64,000 nt of DNA from an uncultured Gemmatimonadaceae bacterium. Lineage in GTDB: Bacteria > Gemmatimonadota > Gemmatimonadetes > Gemmatimonadales > Gemmatimonadaceae. Positions within the stretch are counted from its first letter, which is position 1. Every line of letters starts with the position of its first letter. The stretch lies in contig CAWGJO010000021.1 of the NCBI GenBank assembly GCA_963822945.1, positions 224,001-288,000 of the forward strand. The letters are read 5' to 3'. The position numbers and the translations under genes were made by a program. This document shows positions 23,336 to 35,825 of this stretch, in pieces. The notes below the pieces were generated by a model that was given only the letters and a program-made list of their open reading frames with translations, was not told the DNA's origin and did no database searches.

Positions 23336-24175
23336 TCACGCTCGACGCGTGCGGCCGACTCGGTTTTCGAGCAGCAGCTCGTCGATCTGTCCCCGCCCCG
23401 ATCCCTTGGAGTTGATCGGGCGGGACACCGGCACGATCTTGCCCTCCCAGCCGGCGAACAGCTTCTTCGATTCCGGCGTGTAGGAGTTGGACAGCACGGC
23501 CCGCACGCCGCGCGCTGAAAGCTCGCGAAACACGCGGGCCAAGCGGGCGTGCTCTCTCACGCCAAAGGGATGGCGGTAGTACGCGGCGAAGCTGGAGGTG
23601 ACCGACAGCGGCAGATAGGGCGGATCGAAGTACACCGCGTCGCCGGCGCGCGCTCCTTCACACACCACTTCGAAATCGGCCTCCAAGATTTCCACGCCCT
23701 TCAACGCGCGGGCAGCGGCCTGAAGATTGGCGGCGTCGCAGATCGTCGGTTTCGCGTAGCGACCAAAGGGCACGTTGAACTGACCGGAACGATTGACGCG
23801 GTACAGGCCATTGTACCCCGTCTTGTTCAAGTAGATGACGCGGGCCGCTCGCTTGACGAGGGCGCGCGGGCGCTGCGAGCGGATCTCGTAGTAGTCCTTT
23901 TCGGAGTGCGGCATGCGCTGGAGCGCGTCGATCACGCCTGCCACGTCCGTCTGCAGCGCGCGATACACGGACAAGAGGTCCGGGTTCTGATCCGACAGCA
24001 CGGCCCTCTTGAAGCGCTGCTCGGCGGCAAGCGCGAAGAACACCGCTGCGCCGCCGGCAAAGGGCTCGTAGTAGGTGTCGATCGACTCCGGCAGCAGCGG
24101 CAAGATGCGATCGAGTAGCTGCGTCTTGCCCCCGGCCCATTTCAGGACCGGGCGAGCCGCCGCGCCACGTCTCAT
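23336..24175 (-). CDS. dam: DNA adenine methyltransferase, Dam/DpnM-like (D12 class)
   Basis: LKWAGGK, YEPFAGG motif I, YLNKTGYNGLYRVNRSGQFNVPFG recognition region, VYFDPPY motif IV. Confidence 0.9.
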   Translation of the reverse strand: MRRGAAARPVLKWAGGKTQLLDRILPLLPESIDTYYEPFAGGAAVFFALAAEQRFKRAVLSDQNPDLLSVYRALQTDVAGVIDALQRMPHSEKDYYEIRSQRPRALVKRAARVIYLNKTGYNGLYRVNRSGQFNVPFGRYAKPTICDAANLQAAARALKGVEILEADFEVVCEGARAGDAVYFDPPYLPLSVTSSFAAYYRHPFGVREHARLARVFRELSARGVRAVLSNSYTPESKKLFAGWEGKIVPVSRPINSKGSGRGQIDELLLENRVGRTRRA

Positions 24176-27100
24176 CGACGCTTGCCTACCGCTCCCGCGG
24201 ACCGACGTCCAGATTCCGGCACCGCATCGACGTCCAGGCGCTTCATCATCTTGCTGAGACCGTAGCGCGAAAGCCCCAGTAGCTCCGCCGCGCGGGTCTG
24301 ATTGCCGCCGGTGCGCTCCAGGGCCGTCTCCAGCAGCTCCGCTTCGAGAGCGTCCACCCGCGCCTTCAGATTCAGGCCCGTCGCGCGCGGGCCCTTGCCT
24401 TCGCTCTCGCGGATCTCCGGCGATAGATGCTCGAGCCGGATCTCACCGTCGGCCAGCACCAGCGCGCGGCGCAGCTCGTTTTCGAGCTGGCGCACGTTGC
24501 CCGGCCAGCTGGCACCGACCAGAGCGGCCATGGCCGGCTTGGTCACGTCCACCGGTTGCTCCGCGTGCTTGGCGATCAGGTGCGCCACGAGCAGCGGGAT
24601 GTCGCCCGGCCGCTCCCGCAGCGGCGGCACCCGGAGCGCGATCACGTTCAGTCGATACAAGAGATCCTGACGGAAGCGCCCTTGTAGGACCAGCTCTTCC
24701 AGGTCGCGGTTGGTGGCTCCGATCACGCGCACGTTCACCGTGCGGCTGCGCTCCCCACCGACGGCACGCACCTCTCCGTCTTCCAGCACGCGCAACAGCT
24801 TGGTCTGCATGCCCAAGCTCATTTCGCCGATCTCGTCCAAGAACAGCGTGCCGCCGTCGGCCACCTCGAACAGGCCCGCACGCGGCCGCGACGCCCCGGT
24901 GAAGGCGCCCTTCACGTGACCGAACAGCGCGGACTCGAGCAGCCCCTCGGGAATGGCCCCGCAGTTCTCGCTCACGAAGGGCAGGCGCGCACGCGGACCG
25001 TTGCGATGAATGGCGCGTGCGACCAGCTCCTTTCCGCTACCCGACTCGCCGGTGACCAGCACCGGAACGTCGCTCAACGCCACGCGGTCCACGAGCCGGA
25101 GCAGAGCCGTAAGCGGCTCACTTTCACCAATGATATCCGGGTAATCGAAGCGGGTGCCGCGCCCGGAACGGGTCAGCGCCAGCTCGCGCTCGGCGACGTC
25201 CAGCGCGGCCTCCCGTTGGGCCAGCTCCCGCGCCAAGCGCGCTTCGGCGCGACGCGCTCGCCGTGCCGCGCGCCGGAGCAACAGCTGGTCCCGCGCGTCG
25301 GCGATGGCGACAGAGGCCAGCGCAGCGACCAGCCGCACCCACGCTAGCTCCCGCGGACCGAACGCGCCCCGCCGCACGCGGTCGTCGAGATAAGCGACGC
25401 CCAACACCTCGCCGCGCGCCATCAGTGGCACGGCCAGCACGCTGCGCAGCTTGAGCGCATGCACGCTGGCGTGCACGTCGGACATCTCGCCCGCCGCGTC
25501 CACGGCCACGACCGGCTCGCGCCGCTGCGCCGCGCGCTCGGCCAAGCTCTGGCTCAGCGCCAGTTGCTCGCCGGTGAGATCGCGGCGCGCGAGATTTCGA
25601 GCAGCGCGCGGCACCAGACGTCCGCCGGGCGCGCGCAGCAGCAATAGGCCGCGTTCCACGCCGGTCCACAGTACCAACGCGTCGAGCACTTGGTCCAAGA
25701 GCGGGCGTAGGCGATCGCGCGTGCCCAGCGCGTGCACCAGGGCCTCCACGTCGCCGAGTTGTTCCGGCGCCAGCTCGCCGCCGACCGGCGACTCCACCGT
25801 GCGCACCCAGGGCAGCTGCGCCACCGCCGCACGCAGCTCCGGCGGCGCCCGCTCCGCCAGCTCGCGGCCCAGCTCACGCACCAATAGCGCGAAGCGGCGT
25901 ACCGAATCTCCGTCACCGACGCGGGCCGCCAGGGCGCCACCGGCTGCCGCCGCGGGACCACGCACCGTGAGCGGTGCCCGTACCGACGTCAGCTGCGCCA
26001 GCTCCAGCAAGATTTCTTGGGGTCGGCTCGGCGCGGAAGCCCGCGCCTCGACCCAAGCTCGCGCGCCCCACCAGTCCAGGCGAGCGTCCAGGGCGCGGGC
26101 GCCGTCCCGCGCCAGGGTGTCCAGCCGATCGACGTCCACGTCTGCCCCATGACGGAGCAGACGCGCGCCCACGAACAGCTCGTCGTCGGCGCTGGGGTCC
26201 GAGAGCAGCCCTCGCGCCCGCTCCGCGTGCTCGCGCCCTTCGTGCTCCCCCGGGCCAAGGGCGTCGCAAACCGCGAGGTGAGCGTAGGCGCGGCACACGT
26301 CGTCGCCCGCCGCGCGAGCTCGCACCATGGCGTCGGCGGCGGCGTCGCGAGCCTCGACGGCCACACCCGCAGAGGCGTACACGCTGGCGCGAGACAGCGC
26401 GGCTCGCGCCGCGTCGTGCTGTCGTCCCAGGTGCTCGAACAGCAAGATGGCTCGGCTCGACGCGCGGAGCGCGCTGCCCAGCTCGCCCAGGTTCGCCGCC
26501 GCCGCGGCCACGCTGGTGAGATAGGTCGCTTCCTCCAGCACCGCGCCGCAGCGCTCGGCGTGCTCCGCGGCACGAGAAAAGGCCGCGTGGGCGGCCTCGG
26601 CGTCGCCGGCGAAGTGCGCAACGTAGCCGAGCGCCGCTTCCAGCCGCGCGTGCTCTTCGTCGCCCCGCGCCAGCGTCAGGCCCAAGTCGCGCTTGCCGTG
26701 GCGGCAGCGCGATCGTCCGCGCGGAGCTCCGCCAGGGCGCGCGACTCCAGCACCGGAGCCGTGAGCGCGACGTCTGCGAGCAGCGCTCGTGCGGCGGCGG
26801 GGTCCCCCGCGTCCAGCGCGAGGCGTGCGTGAACGGCCGCCGCGCGCGCGCGGACGGCCGGGTCCGTCGGTGTCGATTTCGTCGAGCGCTAGCGCGTGCG
26901 CGCTCGACTTCGCCGGCGCGCCGCAGCCACCTCGGCGCTCTCGACGCGTGCCATGGGCATGTCCAGCTGCTCCAGCACGGCGAGCGCGCGGCCGGCGTCG
27001 CCGCGCAGGCGCAGCGCCTGCGCCAGTGCAAGTCCCAAGGCGCGGGCGCACCGCCGCGGGACACGAGCCGCTCGGCGGCATCGAGAACTGCCGAGGGCGG

Positions 27101-28320
27101 CGCTCCGCGGCCGAGCGCCAGGGCCAACGCCGTGGGCTCCTCGGCACCTCGACGGGGTCGGCGACGCCGCCCAACAGCGCTGCCAGCGTGAAGCTCTCCG
27201 GCTCCAGGCTGTCGGCCAGCGACAAGAGCCGCTCGGCGAGCTCGCTGTCTCCCAGGCCCGGCGGCAACGGCCAGCGGGCGGCCGCCGCCCCGACCAGAGC
27301 CACTAGCCAACGCGACCGACCCAAGGGGCCGAGCTCTTCGAGCGGCGGCAGCTCGCCGCTCAGCGGCTCGCCGCGAAGCGCTGCAACGCTGCGCGCCAGA
27401 CGGACCGCTTCGCTGAGCCACTGCCCACAAACGCCCGTCACTTCGACGCTTTGAGCGCGGTGTCGAGCCGCCGCGGCCAGCTCACGCGCGCGCACCACGA
27501 GATAGGCGCGCTGGACCGCGTGCCGTGCTCGCCGCTGGCGGCGATCGATCGGCTCCAGCTCGCCCAGCTCGCTCATCGCGCGACGGCGCACCCACGCCGC
27601 GCTCGGCCGCGCCGCCGGCGAGGGGGCCAACAGTGCACGCACGATGGGCGCGACCTCGGGAGCCAACGACGAGAGCGCGTCCGCGCGCGCGGGGTCGTCG
27701 GCGCGAGCGATGTCTTCGCTCGCGAGCTCCGCCAGCGTCACACCCAAGGCCCACAGGTCGCGAGCCCGCGCGTCTCCGCCATCGCCGGCGAATACCTCGG
27801 GACCCAGATAGCGACGCGTGCCTCCGCGAGGAACTTGCTCGTCGGCGTCGGTGCCCAATCCCAGATCGACCAGCCGTGCCCGCGGGCCTCGGTCGACGAC
27901 GATGTTCGCGGGCTTGACGTCGCCGTGCGCACTTCCTGCAGCGTGTAGCTCCGCGAGCCCTTCCCCGACGTCTCGAGCTACGACCAGCGCGAGCCGCACG
28001 CGATCGCGGACGGCGCGGACGTCGAGCTCTTTGCCGGGGGCGTAGTCCATGGCCACGTACGCGTGACCCGCCAGGTGAGCGAGCTCGGGCTCGGCCGCGC
28101 CCACCACACCGGCGTCCAGCAGTCGGGGCAGCGCATCGCCCCGCACCAAGAGCAGGCGCTCGGCCTCGTCCGCGAGCCGCGAAGCGTGAGCGGGGTCCGA
28201 CGCGATCTTCAGCGCAGCTCGCGTGCCGTCCTCGGCCTCGGCCAGCCACACTTCGCTGGTGGCACCGCGCCCGATGCGCCGCTTCGCCCGCCAGCGCGCG
28301 CCTGTCAACTTTGGTGCCAT
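24172..28320 (-). CDS. Ser/Thr kinase - TPR-like - GAF - sigma54 AAA+ - HTH fusion activator (compensating frameshifts near 26700-27130)
   Basis: [37 protein letters not shown]...[37 protein letters not shown]; Fis [17 protein letters not shown]. Confidence 0.92.
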   Translation of the reverse strand: MAPKLTGARWRAKRRIGRGATSEVWLAEAEDGTRAALKIASDPAHASRLADEAERLLLVRGDALPRLLDAGVVGAAEPELAHLAGHAYVAMDYAPGKELDVRAVRDRVRLALVVARDVGEGLAELHAAGSAHGDVKPANIVVDRGPRARLVDLGLGTDADEQVPRGGTRRYLGPEVFAGDGGDARARDLWALGVTLAELASEDIARADDPARADALSSLAPEVAPIVRALLAPSPAARPSAAWVRRRAMSELGELEPIDRRQRRARHAVQRAYLVVRARELAAAARHRAQSVEVTGVCGQWLSEAVRLARSVAALRGEPLSGELPPLEELGPLGRSRWLVALVGAAAARWPLPPGLGDSELAERLLSLADSLEPESFTLAALLGGVADPVEVPRSPRRWPWRSAAERRPRQFSMPPSGSCPAAVRPRLGTCTGAGAAPARRRRPRARRAGAAGHAHGTRRERRGGCGAPAKSSAHALALDEIDTDGPGRPRARGGRSRTPRAGRGGPRRRTSAARRRRAHGSGAGVARPGGAPRGRSRCRHGKRDLGLTLARGDEEHARLEAALGYVAHFAGDAEAAHAAFSRAAEHAERCGAVLEEATYLTSVAAAAANLGELGSALRASSRAILLFEHLGRQHDAARAALSRASVYASAGVAVEARDAAADAMVRARAAGDDVCRAYAHLAVCDALGPGEHEGREHAERARGLLSDPSADDELFVGARLLRHGADVDVDRLDTLARDGARALDARLDWWGARAWVEARASAPSRPQEILLELAQLTSVRAPLTVRGPAAAAGGALAARVGDGDSVRRFALLVRELGRELAERAPPELRAAVAQLPWVRTVESPVGGELAPEQLGDVEALVHALGTRDRLRPLLDQVLDALVLWTGVERGLLLLRAPGGRLVPRAARNLARRDLTGEQLALSQSLAERAAQRREPVVAVDAAGEMSDVHASVHALKLRSVLAVPLMARGEVLGVAYLDDRVRRGAFGPRELAWVRLVAALASVAIADARDQLLLRRAARRARRAEARLARELAQREAALDVAERELALTRSGRGTRFDYPDIIGESEPLTALLRLVDRVALSDVPVLVTGESGSGKELVARAIHRNGPRARLPFVSENCGAIPEGLLESALFGHVKGAFTGASRPRAGLFEVADGGTLFLDEIGEMSLGMQTKLLRVLEDGEVRAVGGERSRTVNVRVIGATNRDLEELVLQGRFRQDLLYRLNVIALRVPPLRERPGDIPLLVAHLIAKHAEQPVDVTKPAMAALVGASWPGNVRQLENELRRALVLADGEIRLEHLSPEIRESEGKGPRATGLNLKARVDALEAELLETALERTGGNQTRAAELLGLSRYGLSKMMKRLDVDAVPESGRRSAGAVGKRR

Positions 28321-28449
28321 CCTACCGCCCCCGGTAACATTCCGTATTCTTGCTTATTTTTTGGGCAACCGTCAACGGAGTTGATGATCGCGATCAGCCC
28401 ACAGCGGGGCTCGGGGCGGTGTCTGGGCGGTTCTGGTACCTTTCCTCGG

Positions 28450-29323
28450 GTGCACAAGGATGTGACTCAAGCGCTGCTTCGGGCGCTCGAAGGCGGCCGG
28501 CGCGCCGCTCTGGCCACGGTGATCCGCACCAGCGGTTCGGCCCCGCAGCAGCCCGGCGCCCGGCTGCTGCTGTTGGCCGACGACACCACCGTGGGCACCG
28601 TCGGAGGCGGCGCCGTGGAGCATGCCGTGCTCGAAGCGCTGCGCGAGTGCAGGAGCAGCGGCAAGCCGGAGCTGCTCAGCTATGAGCTGACTCGCGACTT
28701 GGGAATGTGCTGCGGCGGGCGCATGGAGGTGTTCGTGGAGCCCGTGGAGTCCGTTCAGCGCCTGCTGCTCTTCGGGGCGGGGCACGTGGCGCGGCCAACG
28801 GCCGCCCTGGCCAGGACCGTCGGCTTCGACGTCACGGTCATCGACGACCGAGAAGAGCTCAATACCGAGGAAAGGTTCGGCGGTTGCCAGCGGATGTTGG
28901 CTGAGCCTTCCGAAGCGGCAGCTCGCCTCGCGCCGCGCGCCGAAGACTGGGTCCTGATCGTCACCCACGACCACCGCCTGGACGAGCAGGCCCTCGACAC
29001 CTACACCCGCACTGCCTCACCGGTACATCGGGATGATTGGCAGCCGGCGCAAGGTTTTCCGGGTCATTGCCCGCATCGCCCAGCGCCGAGGACTGCCGGC
29101 TCTGGAGCGGGTCTACGCACCCGTGGGCCTGGACATCGGTGCCGTCAGCCCCGAGGAAATCGCCGTCAGCATCGTGGGAGAGCTGGTCGCGTTGCGGCAC
29201 GAGCACGCCGGTCCGCACCTCTCGGTGGTGCACGATCCGGCCCTGGCCCGGGTGCTCTCGGGCGATCTCGGCGTGGAAGCCGGTGCGCTCACCGCGGGCG
29301 CCACGGACCCAGACGACGCGTGA
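28450..29323 (+). CDS. xdhC: XdhC/CoxI-family molybdenum cofactor insertion accessory protein (frameshift near 29010)
   Basis: LATVIRTSGSAP, GTVGGG, GMCCGG, FGAGHV, VTHDH, MIGSRRK, PVGLDIGA..PEEIAVSI. Confidence 0.92.
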
Positions 29324-29335
29324 TAGCTTCGAAGG

Positions 29336-31132
29336 GTGCGCAAGCCACCCGGTAACTGGGAGAGCGCCACCGAGCCCGTTCGGCCGGAAGAGGAAGATCC
29401 GGAAGACGGCCCCACGCTTCAAGTCTTCGTGCCCAGCCACGGCCCCGCACGAGTGCTCAGCTACGACAACGACGACCTCGTCGAAACGACGGAGCAGTCG
29501 CTGCCGAGCTTCGACGAGCTCACCGGGTCGGGCTTCTACGAGACCATCACCAAGCCGCGTCCAAAGGACCAAGCGTGGCTCGACGAGACGCGCACCCTGG
29601 AAAAGAACGAGCTGGACGAAGCCCAGACGCTGCGGCGACCGCCAAGCGCTGCCAGCGCTCTCGCCTGCCGCCGCGCTTCGGCTCCGCACCCGCCTGGAGC
29701 CCACCGCTCAAGACCGAGCCATTCCCTTGCTCCCCCCACCGCGAAGCGTGCCGTTCCCGCTGCTCGGAGCGCCCCGCTGCCCCCGCCCGGCGTGCAGCCT
29801 CTCGGCCCGTGCCGCCGGACGATCCCGTCATCGAGATCGCGCCGGAGCTATCGGTCGAACGCAAGGAGCCTCCCTTCCGCAGCGCTCCGCCACCCCTGCG
29901 ATCGAGCCGCCGCTGCGACCGCTCCCGACCGCCCCACCGCCACCGTTCCTGGATCCGCGACGCGTGCCGATGCCGCTCAGACTGGCGGCGGACAAGCACC
30001 GCGCTTTCCGCCGCCGTCGGCGTGTTCGCCACGCTGGCGCTGGTCGGGGTGATCGCAGCGCTGGTGTTCTTGTCACCCACCGCGGCAAAGAGCCTGCGCC
30101 GGCGGCGAGCCGGGCCCGCGAGAGCTGCCACAGCCCCGCCCACTACCGCGCCGGCCGTCGTCAACTGCCGACTGGCGCAGCTGCCCCGGCGACTTTCAGC
30201 GTCCATTGCGCCCGACGTCCCGCCCCAGGTCGCCACGGCGCCGGGCGACAAGATTGCCGTCGGTTTCGCGGCCAGCACCACTGAAGCCGTCGGCTTGATC
30301 GTCACCCTGGAAGACCTGAGCACCGAGACGCGGCTCCGCCGACAAGAGGCGAACCCGCGTGCTGCGGGTGACTCCCCTGCCGCACCGGGCACCGGTCACT
30401 TTCGCCGTGGACGGCCCCGACGCGCGCGTCCAGGGTGCGCGCACCATCGGCGCGCGCACTCCGTTTCGGCTCGGCGCGACGCCGGCGGGCATCGTGCGCG
30501 TGGACGAAGGTCGTGAGCCGAGCGTGGTGTGGCCCGGGCCGCCGGGTACGTTGAGCTTCATCGCGTCGGTGGGGCTCGACGGCTACGGGAACCGCCATCG
30601 CCCTGGCCGCGGAGGCGCGCGCGGAGACATCGTGTTCGGTTGGCTCGCAGAAAACGGCGCGCGCTCCACGGACCTGGGCCGGCTCGACGTCGGCGCTCGC
30701 CGCTTGGGTCCGCCGGCGATGGGGGTGGGCGATGACGGCGTGCTCACCGTGTTCGCCGCCCGGGCGAGGGCGAAGCGTGGTCGCTGTACGCAGCCCTGGC
30801 CAAGCCCGGCAAGCTGCCGCAGACGACGGTTCGCCTCGAGCCCGGCGACGCTCCGGCGAACCGGCAGTGGCCGTCCGTGGTCGCCTTGCCGTCCGGCGGC
30901 TTTCTGCTCTCGCTGGCTGGAGGGCATCGACGGGCAACCTGCGCCTGCGGGCCGGCCGCTGGATCGCAAGCTGCGAGCGTCGGGCCCAATCGTGGAGGTC
31001 GCCAACGACGCCGGGCTGCAGCTCGCCCGGGGCGGCCTGGCCATGCGTCACGGCCGCGTGCTGTCACTGCATACGGTCCGCGGGACGGGGGGCGCCATCG
31101 AGCTGTGGGGCGCGATTTTGACCTGCTCCTGA
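29336..31132 (+). CDS. Hypothetical membrane-anchored protein (acidic/Pro-rich N-terminus, TM, beta-rich C-terminus); heavily frameshifted
   Basis: Coherent segments alternate among ORFs 29336..30052, 29575..30516 (TM ALSAAVGVFATLALVGVIAALVFL) and 30359..31132. Confidence 0.55.
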
Positions 31133-31186
31133 ATTGACGTGGGGTCGCCGGACCGGGGTTAGCTCTCGCCCAACTGGGAGGCCCGG

Positions 31187-32054
31187 ATGGTATCGAAGCT
31201 CTTGCCCGCGACTTGCGTTCTCACCCTCACGGCGAATGCCCTGGCCCAGGGAGCGCCCCCGAACCGGAACCCACGCCGCCCCCACCGCCGCCCCCGGCGG
31301 CAGCTCCCGCACCGCCGCCCCCGGCGACCGGACGCAGCCGGCTCCGGCCCAGCCGCCGCAGGCGCAGCCGGCACCCGCGCCGCCACCCGGCGCCTACGGT
31401 CCGCCACCCGGGCAACAGCCGGGCTATGGCCCGCCACCCGGGCAACAGCCTGCGTACGGCTATCCCCCGCCGCCAGCGGAGGAGCGCGTTGGCGTCCACC
31501 AACACGACAGCTTCTATTTGCGCTTCGGTATTGGCGGCGGCTACGCGAGCTTTGATGGCCACACCAGCCCTGCCCGGTGCTCCGACCACGGATGCCACGA
31601 TCAAAGGCGGCGGCGCCACGCTGGAGCTGTTGATCGGCGGAACACCCGCCCCCGGCTTCGTCATCGGTGGCGGCTTCGCGTTCATGAACGTATCGAAGCC
31701 CAAAGTCACCTCGGCAATCGTCGAAGGGGACGCGAAAACGACCTCGGGTTCGGGGTGCTGGGGATCTTCGGCGACTACTACTTCGATGACACCAAGGGCT
31801 TCCACCTGCAGGCCATGATGGGCGCGGCCTCCGCCCAGGTTCAGGACAACACCAGCACCTCCAGCGACAACGCCACGATGAACGGCCTCGGCTTGGCCTT
31901 CGGGCTGGGCTACGATTTCTGGGTCGGTGAGCAGTGGAGCATCGGTCCGGAAGCGCGCGTGATGTGGGCGTCACTGAAGAACAGCAAGAGCGATATCGAC
32001 GAAAAGTACACGGTCTGGGCGCCGACCCTGCTGTTCAGCGTCACGTATCACTGA
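31187..32054 (+). CDS. Outer-membrane beta-barrel protein with Pro/Gln-rich tether (frameshifted), paralog of 384..1270
   Basis: Signal peptide ending ALA-Q, PPPGQQPGYG repeats, HQHDSFYLRFGIGGGY, GGTPAPGFVIGGG, FWVGEQWSIG, LLFSVTYH. Confidence 0.75.
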
Positions 32055-32114
32055 CAGGCCTCAGCCCCCGCCGGCTTTCCCCTCGGCCCGAGCGACGCTA
32101 CGCTTCGGGCCGTC

Positions 32115-33511
32115 ATGTCGATCGCGTTCACGCTCAATGGCCGGCACATCGACGCCGACGGCGCCGACCCCCACCAACCACTGCTGCACTTTCTGCGGGC
32201 CCGCGGCCTGACGGGCACCAAGGAAGGCTGCGCCGAGGGCGAGTGCGGCGCCTGCGCCGTGGTGCTCGTCACCCGGGACGCCGAAGGCCGCGCGCGCTAC
32301 CAGCCGGTCAACAGTTGTCTGCTGTTGCTCGGTTCCGTGGCGGGTCAGGAAGTCTGAGCGTGGAGGGGCTGGCGCGGGACGGCGAGCTCCACCCGGTGCA
32401 ACAGACCATGGTGAAGCACGGTGGCTCGCAGTGCGGCTACTGCACGCCGGGCTTCGTGATGAGCTTGTTCGCCGAGTACCACCGGCCCGAGCGAGACGGC
32501 TTCGACCTGGAAGCCATTTCCGGCAATCTGTGCCGCTGCACGGGCTACCGCCCGATCCGCGATGCCGCGCAGGGGCTGCGGCCCGGCGCCCGCCGACGAT
32601 CCATTTCAAGCGCGTTTGGCGCGGCCAGCTCCCGAGCTGGCCGCGGTGTCGCTCGAAAACGGCAGGAGCTACTTCCGCCCCACCCAGCTCTCCGACGTGT
32701 TTCGGCTGCAAGCGGCCCATCCCGAGGCACGCCTCGTCGCCGGTGGCACCGACGTCGTGGTGGACATGAACCAGCGCGGTCGTCCGCTTCGACACGTTGA
32801 TCTCCCTCGAGAACGTCGCGGAGCTGCGCACGCCACGGAATGGACGGCCGAGCGCGTGCGCATCGGCGCCGGCGTTCCGCTCAGCGACGTGGAGCGCTTC
32901 GTAGCGGGACGCCTGCCGCTCCTGGAGCAGCTGTTCCCGCTGTTTTCCTCCCGCCTGATCCGCAATCGCGCCACCTTCGGCGGCAACCTGGCCACGGCTT
33001 CGCCCATCGGCGACGGCCCACCGGCGCTGCTTGGCCCTGGACGCCGACGTGGAGCTGTCCAGCGCGAGCGGCGCCCGCACCGTGCCCTCGAAGGAGTTCT
33101 TCACGGGCTACCGCAAGACCCGAGCTCGAGGCCGGGGAGGTGCTGAGCGGCATCGTGATCCGGCCTGCCGCTGCCCCAGCATCAGCGCTTCTACAAGGTG
33201 AGCAAGCGCAAGCTGGACGACATCTCCACCGTGGCCGCTGCCTTCGCTCTGTCGATGGCGGCAGCGGAACCGTGGCAAAGCTCAGCTTGGCCTTCGGCGG
33301 CGTGGCGGCCACGCCGGTTCGCGCCAACGAAGCCGAGCAAGCCGTGCTCGGCCAGCGGTGGAACGAGGCCACGGTGGAGCGCGCTGCGGCGGTCTTGGAG
33401 CGCTCCTTTTCGCCCATCGACGACCACCGCGGCAGCGCGGCCTATCGCCGGGCGATGGTCACGCAGCTGTTGCGCAAGTTCTACGCAGAGACTCAGGGAG
33501 GCGCGTCATGA
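32115..33511 (+). CDS. xdhA: Xanthine dehydrogenase small subunit (2Fe-2S + FAD), several frameshifts
   Basis: GTKEGCAEGECGAC, SQCGYCTPG, GNLCRCTGY, VAGGTD, IRNRATFGGN, SKRKLDDIS, PIDDHRGSAAYR. Confidence 0.93.
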
Positions 33512-35824
33512 CGGCACTGGGCAGCCGGCATCTCGCACGAGAGCGCCCGCGGCCACGTGACCGGGGACGCTCTTTACACCGACGATCTCGCTCTCCGACA
33601 CCCGGGCACGCTCCACGCCTGGCCAGTCACCGTGCCCCACGCTCACGCGCGCATCACGCGCATCGTCGCCAGCGAAGCGCGGGCGCTGCCTGGGCGTGGT
33701 GCTGGTGCTGGGCGCCGAGAGCGTTCCCGGCGAAAACGAATTGGGCGCTTCGCGCCGCGACGAGCCGCTGTTCCCCTCGGAGGTCATGTACCACGGGCAG
33801 GCCGTGGCCTGGGTCATCGCCGAAACGGAGGAGCAGGCCCGCCAGGCCGCCGCGAAGGTCACGGTGGAAGCCGAGCTTTGCCCGCGATCCTGAGCATCGA
33901 AGACGCCATCGCTCAACAGAGCTTTCTCACCGACGCGCTCACCATTCGGCGCGGGGATCCGGACACCGCGCTGAGCCAGGCACCTCACCGACTGAGCGGC
34001 GAGATCCACATCGGCGGCCAGGAGCACTTCTATCTCGAAGCGCACGCGGCCTTCGCGGTGATGGACGAAACGGGGCACGTCTTGGTGCATTCCAGCACCC
34101 AACACCCGTCCGAAACTCAGGAGATCGTCGCCCGCGTGCTGGGCGTCCCGAAGAACGCCGTCACCGTGCAGTCCCTGCGCATGGGCGGTGCCTTCGGCGG
34201 CAAGGAGGTGCAGGCCAACGGCTTCGCCGCCGTGGCAGCCGTCGCCTGCGCAAAGACCGGACGGCCCGTACGCGTGCGCCTCGACCGCCTGCACGACATG
34301 ACCTTGAGCGGCAAGCGTCACCCGTTCTTGGGTCGGTTCGACGTCGGCTTCGACGACGACGGCAAGCTCAGCGCTGCCAAGTTCGCGCTGTTTGCCGATG
34401 GCGGCTGGAGCTTGGACCTGACCGAGCCCATCGTGTACCGCGCGATGTTTCACGTCGACAATTGCTACAACGTGCCTGCACTGGAAGTCGTGGGCCGCGG
34501 CTGCCGCACGAACAAGACGTCGCAAACCGCATTCCGGGGCTTCGGAGGTCCTCAGGGCATGGTCGTCATCGAAGACGTGCTCGACCGCGTGGCCCGTAGC
34601 CTCGGTTTGCCGCCTCACGAAGTCAGGCACAAGAACTTCTATCGCGAAGGTGACCAGACCCACTACGCGGAGGACGTGCGGGACGCCTCGCGGATAGAGC
34701 GGATCTGGAAAGAGCTGTCCGAAAGCAGCGCCTTCGCCGAGCGGCAGAAGCAGATCGCCGAGTTCAACGCGAACAGCCCGAACACCAAGCGCGGGCTGGC
34801 CATCACGCCGGTGAAGTTCGGCATCTCCTTCACGGCAACCTTCTTCAACCAGGCCGGCGCGCTGGTGCTCGTGTACCAGGACGGAAGCGTGCAGGTGAAC
34901 CACGGCGGCACGGAGATGGGCCAGGGGCTGCACACCAAGGTGATGCAGGTCGCGGCGCACACCCTGGGCGTGCCGCTCGATCGGGTTCGCATGATGCCCA
35001 CGCGCACGGACAAGGTGCCGAACACCTCGGCCACGGCGGCGTCGAGCGGCTCGGATCTCAACGGCGCCGCGGTGAAGCTCGCCTGCGAAGCCATCCGCGA
35101 GCGCCTGGCGGACGTGGCGGCGCTGGAGCTCGGCGGAGCCGCCGCCGACATCGTGTTCGAGGACGGCCAAGTGTTCGCGCGGCAGAGCCCGGGCAAGAAG
35201 CTGAGCTTCGGCGACGTCACGCACCGCGCGTACATGGCGCGCATCCCGCTGTTTTCTTCGGGCTATTACCGCACGCCGGACATCTACTTCGACAAGCAGA
35301 GCGGAACCGGCAAGCCGTTCCACTACTACGCCTACGGCGCCGCGGTGACGGAGGTGGAGGTGGACGGCTTCACCGGGATGTACGAGTTTCGGCGAGTGGA
35401 CATCCTTCACGACGTCGGGGACTCGCTGTCGCCGCTGGTGGATCGCGGCCAGGTCGAGGGCGGTTTCATCCAAGGCTTGGGCTGGCTGACCCTGGAGGAG
35501 CTGGTGTGGGACGCGGAGGGACGCTTTGCCACTCGCGGCGCGTCCACCTACAAGCTTCCGGGTATGGGCGAATGCCCGGTGACGTTCAACGTGAAGCTCC
35601 TGGACCGCGCCGCGGAGCCGACCGTCGTGTACGGCAGCAAAGCCGTGGGCGAGCCGCCCTTGATGTTGGCCATCAGCGCGCGCGAAGCGCTGCGGGAGGC
35701 GGTCGCCGCCTTCGGCGCGGACGGCATCGTGGAGCTGGGCTGCCCGAGCACGCCGGAAGCCGTCTTCTTTGCCATCGAGCGCTTGCGCTCGGGCGGCAAG
35801 GCCGCCAAACGCGCCGCCGAGTAG
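33508..35824 (+). CDS. xdhB: Xanthine dehydrogenase molybdopterin-binding subunit (5' frameshifts)
   Basis: GGQEHFYLE, MGGAFGGKE, TAFRGFGGPQG, EMGQGLHTK, TAASSGSDLNG, SKAVGEPP; ATGA overlap with xdhA. Confidence 0.95.
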
Positions 35825-35825
35825 C

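Noticed and set aside
23336..24175. Complete restriction-modification or prophage module around dam
   Set aside because: No endonuclease, specificity subunit, integrase or phage structural gene is recognisable nearby
28321..28449. Moco riboswitch upstream of xdhC (ACCGCCCC/GGGGCGGT inverted repeat)
   Set aside because: No recognisable Moco-motif elements, and a -10 hexamer 7 nt before the start implies little or no leader
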